Made by a program: the position numbers and the translations under genes. DNA of 64,000 nucleotides from Laetmonice hystrix (taxonomy: Eukaryota). The notes below the pieces were generated by a model. That model was not told the DNA's origin. It did not search any database and worked only from the letters and a program-made list of their open reading frames with translations. Where the stretch lies: contig OZ249441.1 of assembly GCA_965235115.1 (NCBI GenBank), positions 23,560,001 to 23,624,000 of the forward strand. The letters are read 5' to 3'. How positions within the stretch are numbered: position 1 is the first letter of the stretch; each line of letters opens with the position of its first letter. This document shows positions 46,201 through 57,578 of the stretch, in pieces.

Positions 46201-46309
46201 GATGAGGAGCCTCATACAGCTTGGATCGGTTGATAAAGACTGGAGAAGCTTGGATGACACGCGAACATTGCGGGGCCACTGAAAACAGACGTCTCCACAC
46301 TGCAGCCAT
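34219..46309 (-). CDS. FDX1: Mitochondrial adrenodoxin-type [2Fe-2S] ferredoxin (FDX1-like), 4 exons, about 168 aa
   Basis: Exons: 46309-46143, 38185-38073, 34762-34630, 34312-34219 (507 nt). Arg/Ser-rich transit-like N-terminus ([17 protein letters not shown]), [24 protein letters not shown] and SRLGCQ. The C-terminal VPEGVADAR resembles FDX1 rather than FDX2. Confidence 0.9.
35341..35890. repeat. 33-bp minisatellite, about 16 copies, FDX1 intron 2
   Basis: Unit aacatcaccattcccacaaacatccccttggtc; one plus-strand frame reads [11 protein letters not shown]. Confidence 0.95.
36143..37141. repeat. 24-bp minisatellite, about 41 copies, FDX1 intron 2
   Basis: Unit tcaaacatcactgtcaccactccc; plus-strand frames read [16 protein letters not shown] or QTSLSPLP. 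Confidence 0.95.
39331..42883 (+). mobile_element. Degenerate non-LTR retrotransposon (APE endonuclease + reverse transcriptase, CR1/L2-group-like), antisense in FDX1 intron 1
   Basis: Endonuclease motifs [31 protein letters not shown] and SDH (39816-40800). RT motifs [27 protein letters not shown] and SADD (41372-42139). Frameshift near 40790 and in-frame stops at about 41326 and 41863. AATAAA near 42857 followed by an A11 tail ending near 42883. The 5' limit is inferred from an ORF1-like remnant. Confidence 0.9.
43244..43510. mobile_element. MITE-like inverted repeat with arms of about 70 bp
   Basis: 43244-43316 (ggtcgagtctcacgaatttggccaaattagcgttatgtgtggtcagcagg) is inverted at 43440-43510 with few mismatches. 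Confidence 0.65.
43531..44393 (+). mobile_element. Internally deleted Tc1/mariner-type DNA transposon
   Basis: Terminal inverted repeats (TA)TATATCGGGTGGATAAAAAAAAACGCCCCGAACTTTAAACTT, extending imperfectly to about 110 bp, flanked by TA. Internal transposase C-terminal remnant [34 protein letters not shown] at 44045-44150. Confidence 0.8.
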
Positions 46310-46905
46310 GTTTCCGAGAATGAGAAACCAGGTCATGTCCTTGACCTATTGACCCATGACACAATTATTTACTTTTTTTGTGAGCTCCAATTTTTTAAGA
46401 CCCTAACAAGTTTACTCATTATAGCTCTTAAAATAAAACCTGTAGTAGAGAAACACAACAAATATGAAATGAAATGGCCTACGCGAGTCCACGTTCCATA
46501 GCAACCCCTTGCTTCGCCGGAAAACAATCCGCTGATAAGATGCTGCTATATAAAATAGTACCTATACTGATTTTTCTTTTCAACGCTCACATTAATATAA
46601 TTTAGCCGAAAATCAAGTAATACAGTCACAAATAGTAGAAAAAGAATTTTTCTAAGTGTCATGATAGTAATATTTTGTTTTTGCATTTGTTGTCAACTGA
46701 GATTCTAGTGCCCATTCATCCGCGAGTAAGAGGGCGTTGCTATGTTTATCTTGGTCTACATGCTGAGCTGTTGATGTGAGTTGAGGGGTCGGAGGCCCGT
46801 TTCTTGTGTTGCCTTTTTACCTGAGATCTCGTTAAAACCAGGTGTCTTGACCTTCTATTATTTCGACGAGTAGACCTTCTGGTCTGGTCTCAATCAGCAG
46901 TCAAG
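46310..46905. promoter_or_regulatory. Bidirectional promoter between FDX1 and RSPH3 with RFX X-box-like motifs
   Basis: The divergent ATGs are about 600 bp apart. GTTCCATAGCAAC at 46493-46505; GTTGCTATGTTTAT at 46736-46749, overlapping a forkhead-like TGTTTAT. Confidence 0.7.
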
Positions 46906-49900
46906 ATGACAACGGTTTTACCAACAAAAAATGAGGGGACATACACGTTCGCCAGCCAACCTCGAGCCGTTCCTCAACGAAAGAAATACAGGCCACAGGA
47001 CCCACTGGGTGAACCGTAAGTGTCAAATTTATTTCTTCAGGGATTCTGTGGCCTGGGAGTATTTTGTTGTAATATATCGGCAGGATACGTTACACCAATA
47101 CATGTTCATACCTGCACAGCATAGCTATGTAATTGTAAAGCCTAAAGGCAGGCCTGAGGTTAAGGGAAATTAGCGTAACCCATTTTTCGTTCCCCTGTTT
47201 TTTATTTTAGGTAACCGACAGGCGAACGAAACGACCGTTCACCTGTTAAACTTAGGCTTGCAAAATTTGCAGGTGAACGGGTTTTCGTTCTCGGCCTTTC
47301 CATTTTAGGTGAACGACACGCGAACGAAACGATCGTTCGGTCTTAAAATCAGACCTCTAAAGGGGCCTATAACACGTTACAGTTCCCCTTAAAATCCTGA
47401 TTTACTTCATATACTTGTGATCAATATCATATAGATCTCTAGGCTAATAATTTTAATATAATAAATATAATCTACGTTAATTATTATAAATACTAATATC
47501 ATGGGTAAAGAACCCCCTGTCTCGAGCCGAGTCGAGGGCCATGGCAGGGGCTTTGCCTTACCAAAGGCAAAGTAAACATATTAAAAAAAAATAATGCCTT
47601 GCTAAAATTCCCATGGCCATGATGATCGGTGGTGTGTTTTGTGTAGACAAATTGTGTATTATTTAACAGTCTGTGTTCAATGCGTTGTGTCTCAAAACAG
47701 CTCCACATTTATAGCCATGGTCCACATTGATTCATGTTAACGTTGTCCATTATTACAGAGGTGATGAAGAAACTGGGCCATATGGAAATATCATGTATGA
47801 TAGACGAATCGTCAGAGGGAATACATATGCACAACACACACTTCCTGCAGTAAGAAAATGTATTTGATTAGGCCTAACGTTACAGTAAATTTTCTGAATT
47901 TTCTTCTCAGAAATTTTTTTTTTAAAAAGCCAAAATCGTTGACTCAAGAAATTGTGTTCTAAATTTGATTTAGCCTATAAATCTGTGCTATTAATGAGAT
48001 TGACCAGATACTAATATTAGATCTACTGATGTTGAAAGGGTTCAAAAGCAGTTAAATCAATTTTTTCCTGTTTAACAGAGTGCCCAACCAGATCCAATCG
48101 AAGTCCAGCGTCAGCAAGAAAGTCGCAGAAGGGCAGTTGCTCGAAAGCGTGCAAAGAATCAGCTGCGACCAAGGTCACCTGACCCTGTGGATGGCAGGAA
48201 GCACATTGACGTTCAGACAGAGCTGTACCTTGAAGAACTGAGTGACCGAGTTGAGGAGGCTGATGCAGACTGTCAGACTGATGCATTCCTTGATCGACCA
48301 CCCTCACCTCTGTTTATCCCAGCCAAGACAGGCGTTGACATTGCCACACAGATTTTGGAGGGGGATGTATGTATGAACCATGTTGACCTAATACTCATAT
48401 TAAATTAAAAACTTCTATTCTGTACTCTCTTTCAATATATCTATATCATATTATATCTGCAGATTTCTGAGTATAATTCCTGGTAAACCCATTGGGTTAA
48501 CACTTGAACCAGTGCTGAAAGCCAGTGAAGGGGAGATTGAAGTTTGTATCCCCCCCCCCCCCCCCCCATTGATTACAGGGCAGGGGCAGCTCACATACTA
48601 TAAAGCCGTAATTACATATTGAAGAGTGGTCAGATACCTGATTTGTTTTCATGATCATTTTTCAGCTCTTTGACTTTGACATTGAAGTTAAACCAATCTT
48701 GGAGGTACTGGTCGGTAAAACGGTAGAACAGTCACTGCTGGAAGTTATGGAAGAAGAGGAACTCGCCAATCTCCGTAGTCAACAGAGGTCATTTGAAGAA
48801 CTTCGTAATGCAGAACTAGTGGAACAGCAGCGTTTAGAGGAACAGGAGCGGAGACATCGGGAGGAGAAGGTAAGTCAAAAAATAACACAGAGCAGGTGTA
48901 CCTGTAGGCAATAATGGACAGCATAGAGAATGGGATAACTAATTTGAAACAACCAGTGTCCGAAATTACCACCTGCCCACAGGCCAAATGCGGGTGAAAA
49001 TCAATGTGGGCGGGTAAAACCACAAAGTCACCCGTCCGCCATGGCGGGTGATGAAAAAATGGCCAAGAACTGGGCATTTCCAAACTTTTTTTGTACCTTT
49101 CTAAAGGATGTCAGCGGTGTTTGAGCCTGGCTTAATCACACTTACTAACCTGGCTCAATCACAGCGACTGGCCTGGCTCTATACTCATATGTGGCCTGGC
49201 TTAATCACACCTACTGGCCTGGCTCATTCACAAATATATTGGCCTTAGCACAGTAACACATACTTAAAGCTTAAATTAGAGCAGGGATATGAAATACCAA
49301 TTTATATTTGACACTGCATGGGCCATGACCAGGGAACAACTTAGCCCACAAAGCAAACAGGTACCGGGGTACTTCTTTCCCTATAAGTATAACCAAGTTC
49401 CAAATCCCCCCTGCAGCCATTTTTCCAGTCAATACGGCAAATGTTTCAATTTGTTTTGGTAATTTTGAAAAGAAATATTAAAATTTAACATAAGGCTATC
49501 CAATGTTCTGTATTGCAGTTCAGGGCTCGAAATAACTGGGTTCGCATCACAATTTTGCCTGGAAAGATTTTTTGTTCTTAATTTTGAAATTCAAGGTGTA
49601 ATTTGTTGCAATCAGATGCATTTTGGAGCACAAAATAAGCTATTCAATGACCAATGCGACTAAGGGCAAAAGGGCCTCCTCAAGTCCAACAGGATCTTTG
49701 GGCATAGCATGAAATCATGCCGAGCGTAGTGGGCCAAAAAAAAATTTTAGGTGGTTTTGGGGGGGGGGGTTCGAACCCCCTGAACACCCCCCCCCCCCCC
49801 CCCCGGATCCGCCAGTGTGGGCTATCTTTGTGGGCTAGTGAATCCCAGCATTCACTAGCCAGGTTCACTGGTAAAGAAAAAAGTTAATTTCGGACACTGA

Positions 49901-52900
49901 ACAACAATAAATTAAATCTTAGTGAACTTTTTAAGTGTACAACAATAAGGATGGTTATTATAAGGAGGAATGGTGGCGACTTTAGTAGTTTCAATTGCTC
50001 TCACCAGGTGACAGCAAGCTTGCATGCCTGAACAAATATTAAGTCACCAGGGGGCAGCACAGTCGGTTCAGGTGGCGTCTTGACCAGGTTGACTGGCATC
50101 ACTGGTGTGGGCCCATTGAACCCTTACTCGTATTTAAACTAGATACTTCGTGTGTGTAAGGGAATGAGAACAATTGACTTTATTTTGAAATAATTATTGC
50201 TGATGTGTCAGGGGTAGATTTCGTGCGTGATTTTTTAGGATTCAGCAGGACTCCCAAGTTGCAAAATTTAGGAGTCCGCCCAAAAATGTGGGAGTCCACA
50301 AGTTTGCCTTTATAGATAGGGATTAGAACGTGACTGGATGTAAAAAGAACTGACCAATTACAGGGTGTTATGTCATAATAGTTTGGCAGTGAAACATTAT
50401 CAGTCTTGTGACCCCTGCTGAGTATTCGGTTCACAGAGACTGGGCGATCGTGACCTTGTCCTGGGTTAAAATCTGCATCAATCTGTGTGTAAATATCTGG
50501 GAGACAACCGGACTCATGGTCAGGTGGCTACCAGGAGTCCGTCCTGATTTTTGGGAGTCTCAGACTCATGGACTCCCGTTGAAATCGACCCCTGTGTGTG
50601 GATTTTCTCTTTTTAAACTTTACAACTCTTCTTTATCTTGACACGTACAGTTACTATTTTTGTTAGTTATATCACAATGGGCCATTTTTTAGGAGCTTAT
50701 TTTTAAATCCAGTGCCAATTTTCTCATGTCACCATAGTTGATCTTCATCTCTGTTCCAAATTTTTTCAGGAACGGAGAATGAAACAACAACGTGAAATCC
50801 TACGCAAGGAGAAGGAAACTGCTGAGAAGATTGCAGCACGCGCTTTCGCCCAGAGCTACCTTTCTGATCTTGTGCCCTCTGTTTTTGGAACACTTTCGGA
50901 TAATGGCTACTTCTATGATCCAGTAGAGAGAGGTAAGGATCTGACATTTTAGTTTTTCATGCCTTGGATTGTGGTTTTACAAATACAAGATCAGATGGTG
51001 CCTGTTGTACATTATTTAGGTCTTCTTCAACTTGGGTCATGGAAATGAAAAATGGGTCATGGGAAAGAAATATATTTCTTGGTGAACTGAAAAAGGCACA
51101 GATTAGAAGAAGGGACCTTTCCCTGTAAATTTCTTTACTGCGCAAAGCCTTCAAGAAAATACAGTGGAATAAACTTCATCAGAAACTGGTTAGGGTAAAC
51201 TTTAGAATCCACGGGACAATGTAACTAAGGGTTTCTGTTCCAGCTATAAAGCAAGGTTTCATACTGTTTCTACTGAACACATTTCAGACATAGTCATAGA
51301 GCAAGGTTTCATTCCCAATGTTTCTCCTTTTTCAGACATAGAGCAAGGTTTCATGCCCTGGTTGATGGAACAGGTAGACACACAACTTGACCGTGTTGTC
51401 GCTGGCCGAACTGCTCTTGATGGCCTCATCCGGGCTGTTGTCAAACAGCGCCTGGAGGCGTACGGCAAACTGGAGGCTAGTCACCAGCCGAGTCCCAACC
51501 CAGGCAATGCGACTCCAGCAACTGCTCCTGTAATGGTCGAACTCCAGGAAGCTGAACCAATCACTGAAACGGTAAGTGGATCTAGACTAGATGGATATCA
51601 GTTTTCAGAGTGCGAATTAAGAGGAATCGATCAATTGCATCAATAAATATTTATATTAGATGTGATTTTCGTGTCTTTATGGAACAAAAAAAAAACACCA
51701 CCAAGCTTTAAAAAAGGTGCAACATTTCACTATGTACCATGAGGTGTAGAAAATAGTGCTCCCACTGATTTTCACAGGACTAAACAAACCTACAGTGGAA
51801 AGTTTTTCAAGGTGAAACTTTGTAGACAAATGCCGTGAGTATGATTCATGACCAAAGAAGCTCTTGTTTTTAAGCAACTATTGTACTCCTGCAAAGTTCG
51901 TGTTAGCAGTAGTACATAGGAGCCCAGTCCCGAGCACCTTCCCACCATAACCAAACCTGGTCCCCTACCAGCACAACCTTGTGAAGAACGCATGAAACAA
52001 GCCACAACAAACGTGACCAAAGTCTTGTGAGGGGATCCGGACCCATTGTCTCATCCCATTGATACCATTGTGGTCCGTCTACCCTGCTGACAATTGTCCG
52101 CTGTCCACACCACACAGAGATGAATAAAATCTTAATGAAGCAGCAGGTACGAAGGGTTGGAAGTGTCCGCTTATGGTTGGCGGTGCCCAGTCTGTTTGTG
52201 GGGTAGATCTATTGTTGTGTGTGAAGGTGTGCTGTACAACAATGGGTTGGAGATTCCCATAGCTGGCGGGCAGGCGGTGAGCAGCAAGCTGTCTGATCAC
52301 AGCAGCTCCGGGTGAGTGGTGGGATTTCTCTGGGCTGCCAGCTCTGGGAAATTCTCCACCAAGATGCTGGCCAGTTTGTGGTGTCCGAGTGGCTCACCGT
52401 GCACTCCCGGAGTTGCTCTGATGATCAGCTGCCCACTTAGAGTACGTGAGACACCAGCGAGCCTTGGACAGGGTGGTCAGGGATGGGGGCGTACTCGGAC
52501 CTCTGTGGTGCGCTTGGCACTGAGATTTTTTGGCGGTCAGCACGGCATGATCACTGTAAAGAAAAGCTCTCATGATTGCGTTGATATCAGTAGGCGCTCG
52601 ACAGTCCATTTATGACAAGTGGCTGTTGAATTAAAAAGTACTAGTACATTTAAGATTTGAGTTATACATCTAATATTGAAGGTTACTTATTAGATCAACG
52701 TGTTGAGTTGTAACATATATGTTACAACTATCATAGGTCTAGGTACCGGGGGCTGTTCTGACCCAGAATCTTGATTCATACCAGGTTTTTCAGTTGAGTT
52801 CCCGCACAGGAAGATCAGTATGTAACAATGTCTTTGATAAGGCTATTAAAATTTCAGTCGTCGAAATTCAAATGAAAGCCGGTCCGAATGCCATAGGACA

Positions 52901-55900
52901 TATTGGAGTATGGGCAGGACCCCATTATTTGTGAATACCTGACAATTGTTACGGGGCTCTTTGATATGGCCTTTGATGTACATTTCAAATGGTGTGAACA
53001 AAGGAATATTGAAGTGGGCCATCTCGCTACAGTATCCTTTCTCTTTCATTGAGTATAATTATTGCACATAGTGCACGGGTGAAGGAATTTTGCACCCAGT
53101 GCTCCGTTTGGATTCTAATTGTAGGCACATTGAGAGTCCATTCCACAATACAGACGTAGAAGCCCAATATGTCTCTTTCTCTCAGAAGGTGAAATCCTTT
53201 GTGTAAATTTTTGAGATATTGACAAATGTTTATACATGTCCTAGAAGAAGGTAGTTTTGAAAGTCCGTTTGGGTATTGTGATTTTAGTGGAATATACCAC
53301 TTTTAATATACTGTATCATTATTTCACCAGAATTGACGGGAAAATGCTAACACAAAGATTTCGATTCTCATCAGTTTCAAAGTTGCGTCTCGGAGATCCT
53401 AACTCTGACTCACCTTTTATTTGAATGGCTGTCCTTGCTGAAGTAAATCTATTAATGACTCCGTCATTATTTTGGATACAGAAAATTGCCAAAAGTGACG
53501 TTTGTAGATCTGTCAGTTTGGTAACTCGCCCGGGGACTGCCAGCACCCAGCACCTTCCCCAAAACTACACCCCCCCCCCCCACACACACACACACTCATA
53601 GTTCACTGGCCCCCAGACGTATTTAGACAACAGCCATGATTTCACAGACAACTTGCTCTCAAAAAGTAGCAGCTAATCATAGCCATTTAGAAAATTTTAA
53701 TGAGCTTTAAAGGCTCCGATTTTGTGGCTTAATTGGCTCGAGAGGCGTGTATGTATTGTGAGGGTAAGCGGCACCTTGCAGTTTGCAATTTGCTATAGAG
53801 CCAGCGCATTCGGGCAGAAGACCCTAGCAGTGGTTGTGCATTCAAAGACAAAACCCAAGGAACCAGTTGAATAATGGACATGCTTTTTCATGTGTGATAT
53901 GCAAACATAACAAGGATAACTCATTGATTACTAACCAGTACTGTGTGACAAATTTGCGCCGGGGGGTGTGCTGTGGTAGGGGGAGGGGGGGTGGCGACGT
54001 GGCAGGGATATGGTGACGGTTCGAGTGCCAAATTAGCATCGTGCCCACAATGGTTAGTTGATGAGGCAGCCATATTGTTCCTCATTGTGAAACCCTAATT
54101 ACCGACTGCCGCTATTGTCCGGCCGCTGTGGCAGTCGCCACAAGGGTGTGCCATCCCACACCTTGCAAAGTTTTGTTCTCTCAGAGGCGAAAGTCCTAAT
54201 TTTAGGTTGAGAAGTGACTAGGAAAGGCTTACGCGTTGGGTCCTGGTGGGGCAGGGTAAATAGAGCCCCCCGGGCAACTGTCACCCCCTCCCTTGCCTTG
54301 GTACACCTTCGACCGCCATATTTTCCGATGCCGAAAGGGCGCGTCGATGTAGATCGGCATGTCCCTCGTGGTAATTTCTCCACAAAAATTTGTTGGTAAA
54401 AAATCGATTCTCTCATTATTCCTGTCCCCAAACCTAACCCTACCCGCTATAGATATAGTGTCTATCCCCAGACCTCCCCAGAAATACCTATCCCTAACGT
54501 TATCCCCAAACCCCCATACTTTGGGGGAGTTTTACCATCTACATGTATAGCCAAGTAGAATGGTTGCGGCCACTGACTGCCCGTGAAGAGGGCGATTATC
54601 GCACCATTGGCTGGTCACTCGATGGTCAGCGACCTTTGTAATGACCAATACCTTTTGGTCAGTATTTGCAGAGACTCTTTGTCGCCGGACACCAATTGAT
54701 TGGGTTCTTTTTAACCTTTCTGCCGTTCGCGACAGTCGCTCTGCTGTCCACTGCACAGTTCATCTGGCGTAATTGCCTGTTCACCATTATGATTATTGGC
54801 ACTATTTGCATATCAAGGGAGCCATGTGCACTGGCTACTTTAAAATCAGTCTTTGTTGTAAGAGTGAAATCAACTTTACGGTAAAACTTAACATCGCAAT
54901 TATGTTACTTGGTATCGTCATTTTACCGAATAACACGTTCATTAGAGCCACTTTCAAATTCACGGTTTGATTTTATGTTATTGAAATCATTTCCTTAAAA
55001 AATTCTGTGTTTGAGGACAATTTAGCGTAAACCTTGACCATTAGTATTTGCTACGACGACTCACAGACTCTGAAGTTAATGTTCAGATTTGAAAGGAAAG
55101 AGTCGTGAAAATTATTAGATATTAACTGGTTCCATGTTTTACCTTTGGTTTAGAGGTTCAACATTCTCACAAACATATATAGCATATACTTGGGCCTTTC
55201 CTGACAGTAGCCAACGATAATTTCGGCTGCCACTGTAGTTCAGTTTATGCCTTATGTTATCCAGTTATGGCTACATACTTCTTTTTACTTTTTTATTTCT
55301 TCCTAACTGTGGTTACATAATTCGTCTGGTGAAGTGTTTAATATGTGACCCGACAACTACGCTTTATTCTACTCATTCTCTGCCACACAATGACAAGAAT
55401 CTGCTCAATTTTACATGATGGATTCTTTAGGACCAGTGTTTTGAGAAGTCTGCGGCCTGACCTGACACCCAATCTCCTTGTCGAAGCTCTTTTAATTAGC
55501 TTTAGCAGGCCGGAGCGGGGTCTGAATTGTGTATTAATGGTTCCGTCTCGGCCTATGCAGTATTGATGCGTTTTTCAGTCCTCCCCTCTCTTTTCACCGA
55601 AGAAAATTGACATGAGAATCGTCAGGTGTTAAACTCGGCCCGACAAGTGTCGTGTTACCCGGCCAAGGCGTTCAACACAGCAGTCAGCCACGCAGGCAAC
55701 TGTGGCACGTCCCACCGTATACAAGTGGCCACCATTTTTATCAAATTATAGGTGCGTTTAAATGTGGCGCAGCGTCGCCACCCACTTGAGTGTCGCTTTA
55801 TGTAAATACGCATCGGAGAAACTTGTGGCGAATAGAGTTCTGTCGTGTGCCATGCAGTATGAAGTTTTGGTGGGGGGGGGGGGGGGGGGGCGTTAAAGGG

Positions 55901-57578
55901 AAGCAGAGATATCGTACTCGGCCGGGTTCGGACCATTCACAACACCTGCTGGAGCTGGGAACGATGCAGCTCCAGTGAATGGAGGGAAAAGGTGGTTGAC
56001 AGGGTCCGCTGACGAGTTACAACAAGGGCGCAGCCAGCCAGAAAATGGGGCCTTTAGGGTCGGGCACACTTATCGCGACTTCTGGGCCCGTTTAGCGGCA
56101 TTATTCACGTCTTATCACCAGTAGTGGCCACAATGAGCGCCGAGACAAATGGCTTCTTATGTAAGCTGATACCAGGCTGTGACAGCCGACCAAAACATGC
56201 GCGTGATTTTAGGGGGGAAACAAAAAAAAACCCGGGAGGTTCACTGATTCTGGCACGTGGGGCAGCGCAGCCCTGAAGGTTGCCATGTTGAATGATTTGA
56301 ATTGTCAACAGTGCATGAGTTGTTTTTGAGCGTATTATCAATGGAGTGTGCGCACACTGCCCTAGAGCGTATGCCAATGATTTGTGATACCATTCAGAGC
56401 TGTGAAGTGCCCGTGGCCCATCGCAGCTCAAGGCATTCTTTTTCACTCCTCTCCCTGTCTCTCTCCTTCTTCTTTAACAAATTCAGTAATGTTATCGGAG
56501 TGCTGCATTGTTCAGGTACAAAGAAGCTGCGGCCGCCGTATTTGACAAAAGGCAAGCATTAGCCTTGTTTGAAATCATTACAACATCCAGTGTCATCAGC
56601 TATGGGCCACGGGTTGTCCACACCCCTGCCCCGGCTGAAAATGGAAGGGCGTCTCAGCCCTGGGTCTTGACGTCGCGGAGGGTGAGAAAATGCTTGCAGG
56701 GGGTTTGACCTGGGGTCAGGGTAAAGGGGTCCCCCTGTGGAATGCAGATTAAAGGCACACGCTCAAATACACTACATATTGCCAAGGGACAGGTACGAGG
56801 AACAAAAGGGTGAGGGACCCTTCAGTGGAAAGGTTACGGACAACTAGAGGTAGATGTCGGGTTTCGGGCAAGTGCCGCCTCGATACAAAAGGATGGCAAG
56901 CTTGTTAGGCTAATAAGGAGCAAGGTAGTTGGCACATCGTTAGTCACGGTGCAAGCCACAAAGGCGCTGACTCGGTCACATTTTGGTTTCTTCTTTTGTC
57001 AAGTATAAGGAGAATTTCAGAGTAAAGATTCATAAGAAATTATCTTAAAATATCCCATTGGTTCTTGTAATTGTAATGAGGATGTCATGAATAAAGAAAT
57101 AAGAAGAACATCAAGAAATCCTTTAAAAATATGTTTTCATCCCTATAGGATGGGATCTCAATGGGATTTGTTTTGTTAATCCGACAGTCGCGCGCCGTGT
57201 ATGAGAGAGAGAGAAAATTAGAACTCAGAATGTAATGAAGGCCATGCAGCACATAGAGTAGTACCCCAAGAGTACTACATAATTGCCGAAATTTGAGGAG
57301 ATCGCATTTTTCTCTCCCCACCCCCCACCCCCACCCTGAAAGCCAAAATTACAAACCGAATATTTATCCAGAAAGCTGAGCCATGTTTTAGAGAATTATT
57401 ATTGTTGTGTTGAAATTATCCTCGTGTATTGAGTATGATGATAATTATCTTGCAGGCGGCTGAGCAGGAGCCCGCGGCCGAGGGAGACCCACCACCGGCA
57501 CAGACCGCCGAGGGGACGGCCGACGATGCCGAGTCAGCGGCGCCGGAGGCCGAGCAGGCGGTGGCCGGGGACGATTAG
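46906..57578 (+). CDS. RSPH3: Radial spoke head protein 3 (RSPH3), 7 exons, about 404 aa
   Basis: Exons: 46906-47015, 47759-47849, 48079-48366, 48666-48869, 50770-50932, 51336-51571, 57456-57578 (1215 nt). RSP3 peptides YGNIMYDRRIVRGNTYA, GRKHIDVQTELYLEEL, DAFLDRPPSPLFIPAKTGVD, LFDFDIEVKPILEVLVGKTVEQSLLEV and GYFYDPVER; acidic Ala/Glu tail. Confidence 0.94.
47150..47358. mobile_element. Small inverted-repeat element in RSPH3 intron 1
   Basis: Imperfect ends aggcctgaggttaag / cttaaaatcagacct; internal direct and inverted gcgaacgaaacga / tttcgttc motifs. Confidence 0.4.
48954..49899. mobile_element. MITE with a 6-bp TSD and nested repeats, RSPH3 intron 4
   Basis: Perfect 15-bp TIR cagtgtccgaaatta / taatttcggacactg, flanked by aacaac on both sides. 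Contains a degenerate repeat of about 24 bp (49125-49230), a cagggctcgaaat end (49521) and a poly-G/poly-C element (49730-49815). Confidence 0.7.
50209..50594. mobile_element. MITE with a 5-bp TSD
   Basis: TIR caggggtagatttc / gaaatcgacccctg (1 mismatch), flanked by tgtgt; internal ggactcc / ggagtcc sub-repeats. Confidence 0.6.
51231..51352 (+). repeat. Three degenerate copies of the RSPH3 intron 5 acceptor plus exon 6 start
   Basis: ttccag|ctataaagcaaggtttcat (AG 51243), tttcag|acatagtcatagagcaaggtttcat (AG 51287), tttcag|acatagagcaaggtttcat (AG 51335). Confidence 0.8.
54369..54537. mobile_element. Short non-autonomous element with cctaaccct-like tract (Helentron/HINE-like)
   Basis: Imperfect inverted ends tggtaatttctcc / ggagttttacca and a cctaaccct...ccctaac tract; the family assignment is inference. 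Confidence 0.3.

Noticed and set aside
46310-46336. Upstream in-frame ATG extending FDX1 by MTWFLILGN
   Set aside because: The downstream ATG at 46309 has better context (aacATGG) and begins a typical mitochondrial presequence; the extension cannot be excluded but is unsupported.
49745-49765. ggttcgaaccc as a tRNA T-loop or SINE B box
   Set aside because: It is a simple G/C hairpin in a poly-G/poly-C repeat with no cloverleaf or A box.
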